A DNA stretch of 64,000 nt from Lachnospiraceae bacterium (lineage in GTDB: Bacteria; Bacillota; Clostridia; Lachnospirales; Lachnospiraceae). The stretch spans positions 33,436 through 97,435 of the forward strand of contig JAZSEL010000119.1 of NCBI GenBank assembly GCA_045531685.1. Reading direction: 5' to 3'. The stretch's first letter is position 1. Each line of letters opens with the position of its first letter. Of this stretch, positions 42,359-53,379 are shown piece by piece. A program made the position numbers and the translations under genes. A model generated the notes under the pieces. It searched no databases. It saw only the letters and a list, made by a program, of their open reading frames with translations, and was not told where the DNA came from.

Positions 42359-43456
42359 TTATACATTAAAACGGAACAGAATAACGTCGCCGTCTTTTAC
42401 CACGTATTCCTTACCTTCCATACCAACAAGTCCTTTTTCTCTTGCCGCTGCCAAAGAACCCTGCTCTAATAAATCCTTATAATTTACGACTTCTGCTTTG
42501 ATAAATCCACGTTCAAAGTCTGTGTGAATCTTACCTGCAGCCTGTGGAGCCTTAGTTCCAATTTTGATTGTCCAAGCTCTTGTCTCATCTTCGCCTGCTG
42601 TTAAGAAGCTCATTAAGCCAAGCAAACGGTAACTTGTTGCAATTAACTTATCAAGACCTGATTCACTTAAGCCCAAGTCTTCTAAGAACATTGCCTTTTC
42701 ATCATCATCAAGTTCAGCAATTTCCTGCTCAATCTGTGCACAAATAACAAATACTTCACTGTCATTTGCTGCTGCAAACTCACGAACAGATGCTACTTTT
42801 TCGTTGTCCGCACCATCATTAGCCAAATCATCTTCTGCTACGTTAGCCGCAAAGATTACCGGTTTTGCTGTTAATAAATTGTAAGAAGCGAACCAGCCTT
42901 CTTCATCCTCGTCCAATGTTTCAAAGCCCTTTGCAAGTTTACCTTCTTCTAAGTATGCAATAAGACGTCTAACCATATCCATCTCTTTTGCAATCTTCTT
43001 ATCATTATTGGCTGCTCTCTGACCTTTTGCCAGACGACGCTCTAAAATTTCAACATCAGAGAAAATCAATTCCAAATTAATGGTTTCAATATCACGTAAA
43101 GGATCAACAGAACCGTCTACATGGATTACATTAGAATCCTCAAAACATCTTACTACATGTACAATCGCATCTACTTCACGGATATTACTTAAGAACTGGT
43201 TACCAAGACCTTCACCCTTGGAAGCGCCCTTTACAAGTCCCGCAATATCAACGAACTCAATAACAGCCGGTGTAACCTTCTTGGACTGATACATATCTCC
43301 AAGCAATTTCAGACGGAAATCCGGAACTGCTACAATACCCACGTTCGGATCAATGGTACAGAACGGGTAATTTGCCGATTCTGCTCCTGCCTTTGTTAAT
43401 GAGTTAAAAAGTGTACTTTTACCTACGTTCGGTAAACCTACGATACCTAATTTCAT
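42359..43456 (-). CDS. ychF: Redox-regulated ATPase YchF
   Basis: 365 aa with [18 protein letters not shown] and a TGS-type C-terminus. Confidence 0.96.
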   Translation of the reverse strand: MKLGIVGLPNVGKSTLFNSLTKAGAESANYPFCTIDPNVGIVAVPDFRLKLLGDMYQSKKVTPAVIEFVDIAGLVKGASKGEGLGNQFLSNIREVDAIVHVVRCFEDSNVIHVDGSVDPLRDIETINLELIFSDVEILERRLAKGQRAANNDKKIAKEMDMVRRLIAYLEEGKLAKGFETLDEDEEGWFASYNLLTAKPVIFAANVAEDDLANDGADNEKVASVREFAAANDSEVFVICAQIEQEIAELDDDEKAMFLEDLGLSESGLDKLIATSYRLLGLMSFLTAGEDETRAWTIKIGTKAPQAAGKIHTDFERGFIKAEVVNYKDLLEQGSLAAAREKGLVGMEGKEYVVKDGDVILFRFNV

Positions 43457-43641
43457 TTATCTATCTCCTTACGTACCTGTTACATTATTGTTATAAAATG
43501 CCGATGCTTACTATAGCACGAAAAAGCTCAAAAGTAAAGTTTTCCTACCCTTCAATTGTAGCAAAACATACTGGAATATGGTAAAATAAAAGATAGTGTA
43601 TATATACAATTTTTTAGTATGAAGCGAGGGATTGTTTCATT

Positions 43642-45294
43642 ATGAAAAACGAAGTTACATATCCAAACCTTCCGGAGATATTCGATACCTATGTTTCCGA
43701 TTATTATGACTGGGTTGTGGAATTTGATAAAAGAGACGGAAAAACTATTTTTTATTATGTAAGTGATTTCTTATTAGAAAATAAAATCATCCCGCAAAAC
43801 ATTGGTTCTTTTCAAGAATTAATGCAGTTGTTTAGTCAGCAATTAATCGTTGCCGAAGAAAAAGAAGCGTATCTGGTTCAGACTCAGCTCCCGATTATCT
43901 TGGATGAAATCAGAGTCAAAGGGAACTTTGTCCGCACGGTTCATCTGAACACTGAGGGCGGCATAAAAGCAGCAAATCTTCGCATTAAGCAGATTTCCGG
44001 TAGCGACAACCGTTTTCTTGCCTGTCTGACGGATATTACTGTGACTCTTGATAGAGATTGGATGACCGATGAATATTCCCGTTCCGGTTTCCTTACAAGA
44101 ACCGAACAATTGCTTAAAGAGCCGGAATATTGCAGCGGATATTCCATCGTATATTCCAATATCCAGGACTTCAAGGCGGTAAATGACTTACTTGGTACCC
44201 AAAGCGGTGACATGGTTATTTTCCTGGAAAAGGATGTTCTTATTCAGACACTGAATCCCGTACTGATTGCCCGGTTGGAAAGCGACCATTTTGTCCTTCT
44301 GACTAAGACGGAGAACATCTCCGATGAGACCATGGAAAAGTTATGCTATCAGCATTATGACGAAGGTACAAAGCGTCTTCCCATCCTTATCCGTTGCGGT
44401 GTCTATAACATTCACGATGCCACCAAAAAAGTGGCCTATATGCTGGACCGGGCCAAATTGGCAGAGCAATCCATTCCTGCCGACCACGGCATCCCGTATG
44501 CCGTATGCAATGAAAAAATGAGTCAGGATTACGTCAACCAACGTATTTTCGTTTCCGAATTGGACAGTTCATTGGAAAAGGGAGAATTTCTCCCATATTA
44601 CCAGCCTATCGTGGATGCAAAAACAGGCGAAATTGTCAGTGCTGAGGCTCTCATCCGTTGGAACCATTCAAAAAAAGGAATGATTCCTCCCGGAATGTTT
44701 ATTCCTGTTTTTGAAAGGGAAGGACTTATTTCCAAATTGGATAGTTTCATGGTAAATCGTGTTCTCACTTTTAATTTCGAACGCATGAAAAACGGCCGCA
44801 GAGTAGTTCCTTGTGCCGTCAATCTTTCCAGAGTTGATTTCTACGATACCAAACTTTTGGAAATGTTAAAAGAAAAGCTTCAAAATCATGAAAATATTCA
44901 GAAAATGCTAAAACTGGAGATAACAGAGTCCGCCTGTGCTGTATTAGAGTCCGATGCATTGGTTTTCTTAGAAGAAATGAAAAAATTAGAACTCTCTTTC
45001 CTCTTAGATGACTTCGGCAGCGGTATGTCCTCTCTCTCCACCCTTGAACTATATGATTTTGATACCATAAAACTTGATATGGGATTTATCCGCAAAATCG
45101 GAAAAAGCAAAAAAGCAGAAGCCATTATCCGCCACACTATCGGTATGGCTCATGATATGGGTGCAAAAGTGGTTGCAGAGGGTGTGGAAGATAAAGAACA
45201 ATTGGCTTTCTTACAATCCGTTGACTGTGATATGATTCAGGGTTACTATTTTTACAAGCCAATGCCGGAAGAAGAATTTGCCGCATTATTATAA
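43642..45294 (+). CDS. EAL-domain c-di-GMP phosphodiesterase with a degenerate GGDEF domain
   Basis: EALIRW, NLS, EITE, DDFGSG, KLD, AEGVE and QGYYF motifs are present. The GGDEF position reads ESDHF (44278-44292). Confidence 0.85.
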   Translation: MKNEVTYPNLPEIFDTYVSDYYDWVVEFDKRDGKTIFYYVSDFLLENKIIPQNIGSFQELMQLFSQQLIVAEEKEAYLVQTQLPIILDEIRVKGNFVRTVHLNTEGGIKAANLRIKQISGSDNRFLACLTDITVTLDRDWMTDEYSRSGFLTRTEQLLKEPEYCSGYSIVYSNIQDFKAVNDLLGTQSGDMVIFLEKDVLIQTLNPVLIARLESDHFVLLTKTENISDETMEKLCYQHYDEGTKRLPILIRCGVYNIHDATKKVAYMLDRAKLAEQSIPADHGIPYAVCNEKMSQDYVNQRIFVSELDSSLEKGEFLPYYQPIVDAKTGEIVSAEALIRWNHSKKGMIPPGMFIPVFEREGLISKLDSFMVNRVLTFNFERMKNGRRVVPCAVNLSRVDFYDTKLLEMLKEKLQNHENIQKMLKLEITESACAVLESDALVFLEEMKKLELSFLLDDFGSGMSSLSTLELYDFDTIKLDMGFIRKIGKSKKAEAIIRHTIGMAHDMGAKVVAEGVEDKEQLAFLQSVDCDMIQGYYFYKPMPEEEFAALL

Positions 45295-45309
45295 TACACA
45301 ACAAAGTAC

Positions 45310-45355
45310 CGATAGCCCAAAACTCCTTTACGGAATTTCGGGCTATCGTTTTTTT
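45310..45355 (+). terminator. Terminator between the convergent EAL and debranching-enzyme genes
   Basis: CGATAGCCC...GGGCTATCG stem followed by TTTTTTT on the plus strand. Confidence 0.7.
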
Positions 45356-45367
45356 ATATTTCATTCT

Positions 45368-47395
45368 TTATCTCAATTTATCATATACTCTGACAATCTC
45401 ACCAACGCTCCATGCCTGGGCAAAGCAGCCTTTGGAGGAAACAGGATTTTCTCCGTCATAGATTTCCGGAAGCTGCCCCACACAGCCCTCTCGTAAAGCA
45501 GGCTCTAATAAGCTCAGCTGTTCTTTTACATATGCTTTCGCATCCTCTGAATACCCATTTACTTTCAGATACGCCAAATAGTACGCCCCAAGCGGGAAGC
45601 CCCATACCGTACCCTGGTGGTATGCCAAATCACGGTCTAATTGGGCACCACCGTAAAATGGACGGAATTCTGCATCTTCCGGTGACAACGTACGCAAACC
45701 ATATGGTGTATATAAATGGCGGAACACTGCTTCCACCACTTGTTTTTCCTTATCCTTAGGCAAAACAGAAAATGGCTGTGACACTGCCCATATCTGATTA
45801 CATCGAATCTGCTCATCCGCTTTGGTAAAAGAAATAACATCCTTTAAGCATTTCTTCTCTTCATTCCAGAACTTTTCTTCAAAGGAAGCCTTTACTTTAA
45901 CTGCTAAAGAGGTATAGTCAAAAGTATCCTCTTCCTTTAACCGGTTCTTCCACTCATCCATCATGCAAAGAGCATTGTACCAGTAAGCGTTGATTTCTAC
46001 CGGTTTTCCATGGCGCGGAGTCGGAAGAATGTTTTCCACACGGACATCCATCCAGGTAACCTGGTCATAACCGCTTCCGGCTACAATCAGTCCATCCTCA
46101 TCCATATGAATGTTAAAATCAGTACCCTTTTGATACCAATAAATGATATCCTTCATAACCGGGTAGGCTTTTTTCACAAAGGCAGTATCCCCTGTGTTTT
46201 TCTCATATTCATATACCGCCAAAATGAATAAAAGTGCAGCGTCTACCGTATTGTACCAAGGCTGGTTACCGCCTTCCGGAAAAAGATTCGGCATCAATCC
46301 CTTATCGCAATATTCCATAAAGGTTTCAAAAATGGCAACCGCTGTTTCATACTGCCTTGTTGCGAGGCAACAGCCCGGAAGAGAAATCATGGTATCCCTG
46401 CCCCAGTCCTCAAAGAATGGGAACCCGGCAAGAATGGTTTTCTTTCCTGTGGATACTCTGTCTGAAATAAACTGCTCTGCACTGACTGCGAGCTGGCTCG
46501 GGATTTCTTCCGCAAAGGCGGCTTGTTTCTTTAATTCCTTACGATAGTTACATACCTGTTTTTTGATAGCATCAAATGACGGTATTTCTGCTACCGTAAA
46601 GGCATTTCCCTTTTTCTCATCATCCATGGCATATACCATTTCCAGAGTTTTATATTCTCCGGCTTCTACTATAAAAGTAATCTCATGATTCACCGCGCTT
46701 CTTCCAAGGGACATTTTACCGTCTTCCACATCCGCAGAATAATACAGGGTATCACAAAACTCCTTTTCTACTGCATGAGGTTCCCCATTCGTCTTCAAAT
46801 ACAGCTTTTGTTCATTGGAAGAAATGCAGGCATAATTCATACCGTCATCTGCACATGAGACTTTCGCATATGAAAACTCCTGATTAACGGACAATCTTTC
46901 TCCCTTTGGCACAAACTGCAAATGTGGCCTAACCGTCAGACACACCTTATCCTCTGTCCGGTTACGGACCTCATAGGTAATGCCTATCACATTTTTTCCC
47001 TGCATTAAAACCATGGACCTTGTTATTTCTACTCCCGGGAACTGATACATCCATTCCGGATAATCCTCAAACACAAATCCGGTCTGATACAAATATCCTT
47101 TTTCTCTCTTTTCATGAATCTGATAATCCTGACTGGATAACGGATATCTTTTTTCTCCCACCCTTATCTGTTCTTCCAGTCTGTGAATCATATTATAACG
47201 GTTATTTGGCGCATGCACGCATGCCATCAGTACGGCCTGGTCATTTCTGCAACAAGAGGAAACAAGGCTGAGAGATGAAAATCCTCCCAGCCCATTGCTC
47301 ATCAGATAACAGTTTTCTTCGCCACGTTCCAATGTCTTCCAATCATTTTTTCCATACATGAATTTCATGACATTACTGCTCTCTTTCTTTTCCAT
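45368..47395 (-). CDS. Amylo-alpha-1,6-glucosidase / glycogen debranching enzyme family protein
   Basis: 675 aa with a GDE_C-like (alpha/alpha)6 region, GFPFFEDWGRDTMISLPG...QAWSVGE. Confidence 0.8.
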   Translation of the reverse strand: MEKKESSNVMKFMYGKNDWKTLERGEENCYLMSNGLGGFSSLSLVSSCCRNDQAVLMACVHAPNNRYNMIHRLEEQIRVGEKRYPLSSQDYQIHEKREKGYLYQTGFVFEDYPEWMYQFPGVEITRSMVLMQGKNVIGITYEVRNRTEDKVCLTVRPHLQFVPKGERLSVNQEFSYAKVSCADDGMNYACISSNEQKLYLKTNGEPHAVEKEFCDTLYYSADVEDGKMSLGRSAVNHEITFIVEAGEYKTLEMVYAMDDEKKGNAFTVAEIPSFDAIKKQVCNYRKELKKQAAFAEEIPSQLAVSAEQFISDRVSTGKKTILAGFPFFEDWGRDTMISLPGCCLATRQYETAVAIFETFMEYCDKGLMPNLFPEGGNQPWYNTVDAALLFILAVYEYEKNTGDTAFVKKAYPVMKDIIYWYQKGTDFNIHMDEDGLIVAGSGYDQVTWMDVRVENILPTPRHGKPVEINAYWYNALCMMDEWKNRLKEEDTFDYTSLAVKVKASFEEKFWNEEKKCLKDVISFTKADEQIRCNQIWAVSQPFSVLPKDKEKQVVEAVFRHLYTPYGLRTLSPEDAEFRPFYGGAQLDRDLAYHQGTVWGFPLGAYYLAYLKVNGYSEDAKAYVKEQLSLLEPALREGCVGQLPEIYDGENPVSSKGCFAQAWSVGEIVRVYDKLR

Positions 47396-47405
47396 TGATT
47401 TATAG

Positions 47406-49409
47406 TTACTTATCTTTTTTCCCTAAAAGGATACCGGAATATGCAGCTACATGCATCATTCCTTTTTCGTTCAATACAAGTGGAATGCAACCGTCTGCCT
47501 GTTCCTTATTGGCAAGAATGAACCATTCTCCTTCCGGAACTTTTATATCTGCCGATTCCATTCCGGCATTGTAAACCACAAAGAGTTTCGAGTATAGACT
47601 TACCACACCGTCATTCTCTTTGTTTGTATTATCCACTACAAAGGATACTACCTTCTTATCATGGGTGGTTTCCTCTGTGATTCTCTCATAAGCATCCGCT
47701 GACTTATCGTATAACCCCGGCAAGCTCTTACGCAGACGGATTAAGCCCTTGTAATAAGCTACTAAATCAGCAAACTCCACGGTCTGATGCCAGCGCAGCA
47801 TATTAATCTTAGGATCAGAACGGTAACTGTTCTCATCACCCAGCTTGGTTCTGCCAAATTCCTCTCCTGCCTGGAAGAAGATATGTCCCTGACAGGTAAA
47901 ATAGATAAAAGCTGCCAACTTATTGGCTTCCAGAACCTCTTCGTATTTTTTCCCAAAAAGAGTTTCATCACCTAAAACAGGCTTACTATCGTCGGAATGC
48001 TTCATAGTCAATACCAGCTTGTCCCATAAAGTATAATTATCATGGGCGGATACATAACTGATTATCTGGGAAGCGCTCTTAGGTGTTATGGTGCTGCCGC
48101 CTTTTCTCCATGCAGATACGGCATAAAGGACCTTATCTTCCAAATAGGAGGCACCGTTTACAAATCCCGGTTCTTCCACAATGAATACATCACCCTTAAC
48201 TACATCCCGGATATCATCACTGAAAACGGCAATATTTTCATCCAGGTATTCCAAATTATCCTTCAAAGCCGGCAAAGTTCCTTCTTCCATTGGAGATTCT
48301 GCTGCCCTCCACGGCTCTCCGTATAAGAGTTTTTCACCTTTTCCAAATTCTTCATCCAATTCCTTGCGGATACGGTTCATCAATTCCACGGTTAACAGTC
48401 CCATCAGGTCAAACCGGAAACCATCCAGATGATATTCCCTTGCCCAATACATAACCGAATTGGCTATATAATTATCCACCATGGCTCTTCCTACTGCCAC
48501 GTCACTTCCACAGGCCGAACCGTCGGCAAGACTTCCGTCCTCCCATCTGCGGTTATAGTACCCCGGAATCGTTCTTTCAAGCCAGGAATCCGGTGAAAAA
48601 GTATGATTGTATACCACGTCCATAACCACACGGATACCTGCATTATGCAGAGCCTGAATCATTTCCTTGCATTCTCTAATTCTTACACTGCCATCAAACG
48701 GGTTTGTTGCAAAGGACCCTTCCGGAACATTGTAATTAAGTGGGTCATATCCCCAGTTAAACTGACTGTCATCTCCTTCTTCATCCAATGCGGCAAAATC
48801 ATAGAACGGAAGTAAATGTACATGCGTAACCCCTAATTCTTTCAGGTATTCCACACAGGTCGGATACTCCGTATTCTCTCCCGTTACAGTAAACGCCTTA
48901 TACTTTCCTCTGTATTCAGCCGGTATACCACTGTCCGGATCATGAGAAAAATCCTTTATATGCAATTCATATATAATCTGCTCTTTCTGAAGCTCCGGTG
49001 CTTTGTCAAATGCAAACCCTTCCGGATCGGTACGCCGTAAATCCGTTACCATGCTGCGATATCCATTGCATCCGCATCCTACCGCATAAGGGTCGGCCGT
49101 TTCCACAATTTCTCCATCGCAAAGGATTTCATAGTTGTAATACCTACCATGCAAATCGCCGGAAAGTTCCTTTTCCCATACTCCATGTTCGCCTAACTCC
49201 ATGGTAAAGGTTTCCTTATTTTCCATTTCCGTTGTACCGTTCGGAATCGTTCCTTTATCATACAGACACAACGTTACCTTACCTGCCAAAGGACTCCATA
49301 ATTTAAAAACAGTCTTCTCCTTTGTACAGACCGCTCCTAAATCGTTTCCGTCGTATCGAAATTTATCATCAAAATCCTTTGTGTAAGTAATTTTTGTATC
49401 TAACTTCAC
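47406..49409 (-). CDS. pulA: Type I pullulanase (GH13)
   Basis: 667 aa with the GH13 conserved regions VVYNHT, GFRFDLMG, YGEPW and YVSAHDN. Confidence 0.9.
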   Translation of the reverse strand: MKLDTKITYTKDFDDKFRYDGNDLGAVCTKEKTVFKLWSPLAGKVTLCLYDKGTIPNGTTEMENKETFTMELGEHGVWEKELSGDLHGRYYNYEILCDGEIVETADPYAVGCGCNGYRSMVTDLRRTDPEGFAFDKAPELQKEQIIYELHIKDFSHDPDSGIPAEYRGKYKAFTVTGENTEYPTCVEYLKELGVTHVHLLPFYDFAALDEEGDDSQFNWGYDPLNYNVPEGSFATNPFDGSVRIRECKEMIQALHNAGIRVVMDVVYNHTFSPDSWLERTIPGYYNRRWEDGSLADGSACGSDVAVGRAMVDNYIANSVMYWAREYHLDGFRFDLMGLLTVELMNRIRKELDEEFGKGEKLLYGEPWRAAESPMEEGTLPALKDNLEYLDENIAVFSDDIRDVVKGDVFIVEEPGFVNGASYLEDKVLYAVSAWRKGGSTITPKSASQIISYVSAHDNYTLWDKLVLTMKHSDDSKPVLGDETLFGKKYEEVLEANKLAAFIYFTCQGHIFFQAGEEFGRTKLGDENSYRSDPKINMLRWHQTVEFADLVAYYKGLIRLRKSLPGLYDKSADAYERITEETTHDKKVVSFVVDNTNKENDGVVSLYSKLFVVYNAGMESADIKVPEGEWFILANKEQADGCIPLVLNEKGMMHVAAYSGILLGKKDK

Positions 49410-49440
49410 GTGTTTGTTCTCCCATAACTTTCTTTTCTAC

Positions 49441-49467
49441 AAAAGAATGGCTCTTTCGAGCCATTCT
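49441..49467 (-). terminator. Terminator after the ABC permease genes
   Basis: Minus strand GAATGGCTC-GAAA-GAGCCATTC followed by TTTTG. Confidence 0.7.
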
Positions 49468-49489
49468 CCAGCATATATAGGATTTATAT

Positions 49490-50341
49490 TTAGCCCTTTA
49501 CAGAGCCTCCCATACTTTCTACATAACACTTCTGTGTTAATAAGAATAAAATTGCAATTGGAATAGAGATTATTACACAACCTGCGTAGAACTGAGTGTA
49601 ATAATATTCCACATATTCCTTTTCAAGCATCGTCCATAAACCGATAGCAATTGTGTAACGTTCAATATCCTGACCTAAAATAACTTTAGCAAAGATGTAA
49701 TCCACCCAAGGACCCATAAATGCTGTAAGCAATGTATAAGTAATAATAGGCTTTGACATTGGAACGGTCACATGCCAGAATGTATCCCACTTTGTTGCAC
49801 CATCGATATATGCAGCTTCATCCAATGCTTTCGGAATTAAGTCAAAGAAGCCTTTTGCAATGTAGAAGCCAAGTCCTGCACCGGCTGAATATACTAATAC
49901 CAGAGCTACCTGCTTTAACAGCCCCGCATCCAGGAAACCAAGTCCCTTTAAGATATAATAAACGGCAATCATGGACATGAAGCCCGGGAACATACCCAAA
50001 ACCAATGCAACGTTCATAAGTGGTTTACGCGCTTTAAAACGTAAACGGCTCATTACATACGCTACACTCAATACCATGAATGCAGAAATCACCATGGTAC
50101 AGCATGCAATGATAAAGGTATTCATAAACCACTTTTCAAAGTTAATGACACTGTTTGCATCAAACAGATTAATATAGTTATTTAATGTAAAGCCTCTTGG
50201 CCAGATATAACTCTTATATGAGCCACCTTCTTCTCTAAAAGAAGTAAGAATTACGTATAATATAGGTAATATCCATATAATACTAAGTATTGTAAGCAGT
50301 ACATGCACTGCTGTGTTCTTTATAAATCGCTTCGTCTTCAT
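49490..50341 (-). CDS. Sugar ABC transporter permease (MalG-like)
   Basis: 283 aa, 6 TM segments, with the EAA loop LDEAAYIDGATKW. Confidence 0.9.
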   Translation of the reverse strand: MKTKRFIKNTAVHVLLTILSIIWILPILYVILTSFREEGGSYKSYIWPRGFTLNNYINLFDANSVINFEKWFMNTFIIACCTMVISAFMVLSVAYVMSRLRFKARKPLMNVALVLGMFPGFMSMIAVYYILKGLGFLDAGLLKQVALVLVYSAGAGLGFYIAKGFFDLIPKALDEAAYIDGATKWDTFWHVTVPMSKPIITYTLLTAFMGPWVDYIFAKVILGQDIERYTIAIGLWTMLEKEYVEYYYTQFYAGCVIISIPIAILFLLTQKCYVESMGGSVKG

Positions 50342-51735
50342 TATTGGAATGCCCCCTCATCTTTATAGGAACCGGTTCTTCTATATGTAATCAGAGATAC
50401 CGTAGCCAATACAACAAATGTCAAGATACCGATAACTGCACCAAGGTTGTAGTCCTTCTGGGTAATGGTCAATCGGTATAACCAGGTAACAAGTAAGTCC
50501 GTCTTTCCTGCATAGTAGTAGGTCATTGTATCCGGACCACCTCCTGATAACAGGAAGATTACGTTAAAGTTGTTAATATTTCCTGTAAATGTTGTGATTA
50601 AATAAGGTGTCATAACGAAGAAAATATATGGCAATGTAATCTTACGGAAAATAGTAAGAGGACCGGCTCCATCAATCTGAGCCGCTTCATATAATTCTCC
50701 CGGAATATTCTGTAAAATACCCGTTGTCTGTAATAATGTAAACGGAACACCAATCCAAATATTAATACAAATAATAGTAACCTTAGCCAAGAACGGATCT
50801 GTAAAGAACGGAATGGACTCTGTTGGTCCAATTGCACCAATGCTTCGTAAAATAACGTTAACCGGTCCATTTGTATTAAAGATAGTTCTCATACTTAACA
50901 ATGATACGAACTGAGGCACCGCAATGGATAATATGAACATAAAACGCCATAATCCCTTGCATTTTGTCTCTTTACGGTTAATTAATAATGCCAATGCAAT
51001 ACCTAAGAGGAAACAGGTTACGGTTGCAAATACTGCCCAGGTAAGAGTCCAGCCCAATACCGGCCAGAATGTACCTGCTAATTTACCGCCGGCTGCAAAC
51101 ATAGCCTTGAAGTTCTCAAATCCAACCCAGTCAAACAAGTTTCCCGGTGGCTGATGCTCATGATCATAACTGGTAAACGCAATCAAGATCATATATACCA
51201 ATGGAACAATGGTAAATATCAGCACTCCGGTAATTGGGAATGCAAGCATCAATTTATGTAAGTTCTCCTGCTTCAGAGAATAGATGTCGTCTTTTAATTT
51301 TGGAATCGGCATACCGTGTTCTTTTCTGAACTGCACACCGTATGCACTCTTTCCCGCCGATACCATTACGAAAATAACTGCAATCGTAAGGAAAATGGTA
51401 ATTACGCCATACAATAGAAATAGCATGGAGTTATCTCCTGCTACGTATTCGTAAATACCTAACTGTTCATTGTAAACTTCACCCTGTTCATTTACACCAA
51501 GGGTAATAAAATTCTGAATGGAAGTAATTCCACTGTTAATCATGTAATAAATATATGCTGCTTCTAATGCTAAGAAAGCAAGACCTTTTGCAATCTGCTT
51601 ATTCAAAATATTACCGAGTCCACAGATAATAAAGGATAATTTGGTAATGATGTTCCCTTTTACGAGTGCATCCATTACTGTAACATCAGAAGGTTTTCTA
51701 ACGATATTCTGTTCTTTCTTTTTAAAGACTCCCAT
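50341..51735 (-). CDS. Sugar ABC transporter permease (MalF-like, extended N-terminus)
   Basis: 464 aa with the EAA loop LYEAAQIDGAGPL. Its stop overlaps the start of the next permease gene. Confidence 0.9.
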   Translation of the reverse strand: MGVFKKKEQNIVRKPSDVTVMDALVKGNIITKLSFIICGLGNILNKQIAKGLAFLALEAAYIYYMINSGITSIQNFITLGVNEQGEVYNEQLGIYEYVAGDNSMLFLLYGVITIFLTIAVIFVMVSAGKSAYGVQFRKEHGMPIPKLKDDIYSLKQENLHKLMLAFPITGVLIFTIVPLVYMILIAFTSYDHEHQPPGNLFDWVGFENFKAMFAAGGKLAGTFWPVLGWTLTWAVFATVTCFLLGIALALLINRKETKCKGLWRFMFILSIAVPQFVSLLSMRTIFNTNGPVNVILRSIGAIGPTESIPFFTDPFLAKVTIICINIWIGVPFTLLQTTGILQNIPGELYEAAQIDGAGPLTIFRKITLPYIFFVMTPYLITTFTGNINNFNVIFLLSGGGPDTMTYYYAGKTDLLVTWLYRLTITQKDYNLGAVIGILTFVVLATVSLITYRRTGSYKDEGAFQ

Positions 51736-51774
51736 GGAAGGCCTCCTAAATATATGCTTGGGTTATACTTATTG

Positions 51775-51808
51775 TAAAAACAGGGATACCAATTTGGCAT
51801 CCCTGTTA
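51775..51808 (-). terminator. Hairpin after the binding-protein gene (intra-operon attenuator/terminator)
   Basis: Minus strand AACAGGGATGCC-AAATT-GGTATCCCTGTT followed by TTTAC. Confidence 0.6.
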
Positions 51809-51830
51809 ATTTTTCTATTGCGCTGTCAGA

Positions 51831-53147
51831 TTATTCAGTAGTAACAGCTGTTACGAAAGCGTCCATCTTTTCCTGAACGTTGTCTTTATTTAACTCACCA
51901 CTTCTGATTTCTGTTGGAATTGTGTTAGCGTATGTCCAATATTTAGCAGAGAATTCTGCAGATACAGGCTGCATAACACTTGCAGAGTTAGCTTCGTTAA
52001 CGATTACTGTTGCTAAAGGATCTGCTAATACAGCTTCGCTGCTACCTGCGTTTACGTTTGCAGGAATCTGAGCAGAAAGTTCGTAACGGAGTACCTGGTT
52101 TTCTTCGTTTCCTAAGAATGTTGCAAATGCAACTGCTGCAGCTGTGTTCTTAGAAGCAGCGTTAACACCGATACATTTTGAACCGTAGAAACCTAATAAC
52201 TGTACATCTGTTCCGTTGAGGTTGTATGTAGGAATTACTGCTAAACCAAGGTCATCACCTAAAACGTCTTTGTATGCATCATAGTTCCAAGCACCGTCAA
52301 ACCAAGCACCTAATCTGTGGTCTGCGATTAATTCAGTAACTGCGATTTCTCCGTCATATGCACACTTAGGGTTGTTGATTAAGTCGATTAAGTAATTTGT
52401 TACAGCAACACCTGTTTCATTGTTCCAGTCACAACCTGCAGCAACGTCTGTTCCGTCTGTACCGAATACACTTAAACCTGCTCCGTAGTAGTAAGCACCA
52501 AGCTTCCAACCACCTGCTGATTCAAAGTAGAAGTTGTAAACGTTTTCTGCTGTTTCTTTAGCCATGATACCTTCTAATGTAGCAACATCTGCTTCATCTA
52601 AAAGAGTCTTATCATAGAACATGAAGAATGTGTTGTGTGTGAAAGGAATACCATAAACGGCATCACCAATCTTAGCTGTTGCAGAAACGCTAGGAGCGAT
52701 TTCGTTGTTAACCATAGCTTCTGCGTCACCACCAAGTCTTGCGATAGCACCAGCGTCAACAAGTGACTGTAACTGGTCATTTGCAAAGAAGAATACGTCA
52801 GCTGCTGCTTCAACGTCTTTTAAGATTTCGTCTTTAGCTTTGTCTTCACCAACGATTTCTGTTGTCCATGTAATGTTCCATTCTGGATGAGCTTCTGCGA
52901 ATGCAGCCTGCTGCTGTTCCATAATCTTTGTGTCTACCTGATTCTGTGGGCACCATACTTTAAGTGCAACATCTGTTACTTCTGCTGGTGCTGCAGCTTC
53001 TTCTGCAGGAGCTGCTTCTTCTACTGCAGCTTCTTTAGCTGCTTCTGTTGCTGCTGGTGCAGCTGTTTCAGCTGTGCTGTTTCCACAACCTGCAAGTAAT
53101 GACATTGTCATTGCAGCTGCAAGTGCACATACTAATAACTTTTTCAT
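51831..53147 (-). CDS. Extracellular solute-binding lipoprotein (maltodextrin/oligosaccharide type)
   Basis: 438 aa with the lipobox LLAGCGN and an Ala/Glu-rich linker, placed ahead of the two permeases. Confidence 0.88.
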   Translation of the reverse strand: MKKLLVCALAAAMTMSLLAGCGNSTAETAAPAATEAAKEAAVEEAAPAEEAAAPAEVTDVALKVWCPQNQVDTKIMEQQQAAFAEAHPEWNITWTTEIVGEDKAKDEILKDVEAAADVFFFANDQLQSLVDAGAIARLGGDAEAMVNNEIAPSVSATAKIGDAVYGIPFTHNTFFMFYDKTLLDEADVATLEGIMAKETAENVYNFYFESAGGWKLGAYYYGAGLSVFGTDGTDVAAGCDWNNETGVAVTNYLIDLINNPKCAYDGEIAVTELIADHRLGAWFDGAWNYDAYKDVLGDDLGLAVIPTYNLNGTDVQLLGFYGSKCIGVNAASKNTAAAVAFATFLGNEENQVLRYELSAQIPANVNAGSSEAVLADPLATVIVNEANSASVMQPVSAEFSAKYWTYANTIPTEIRSGELNKDNVQEKMDAFVTAVTTE

Positions 53148-53166
53148 TTCTTACCTCCTAAATTTG

Positions 53167-53182
53167 GCGAAACTTGTTTCGC
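53167..53182. promoter_or_regulatory. Palindromic candidate LacI-family operator in the binding-protein gene leader
   Basis: GCGAAAC-TT-GTTTCGC is a perfect 7-2-7 palindrome 20 bp upstream of the start codon. Confidence 0.5.
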
Positions 53183-53365
53183 ATTGTTTTTTGCAATGAC
53201 AAATTTAGCATGTTTATCCTATTTCGTCAACGCTTGTTTTACGCATTGTTTCTGTTTTCACCTCATTTTAACCCCTTTTTTGGTAAAAGTGCACAAAGCT
53301 ACTAAACTTCCTTTTGTATTTGTTTCGAAACTTCCCATTTTTTTGTTTCGTTTTTCGAAATATTC

Positions 53366-53379
53366 AGAAAACGTTTTCT
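53366..53379. promoter_or_regulatory. Perfect 14-bp palindrome AGAAAACGTTTTCT (LacI-family operator / cre-like)
   Basis: Self-complementary 14-mer in the divergent intergenic region. A further GTTTCGAAAC palindrome lies at 53322-53331. Confidence 0.5.

Noticed and set aside
52887-53099. Cys-rich plus-strand ORF (CCSFFCRSCFFYC...)
   Set aside because: It is antisense to the Ala/Glu-rich linker of the solute-binding lipoprotein gene and is a compositional artefact of the GCTGC/GCAGC repeats.
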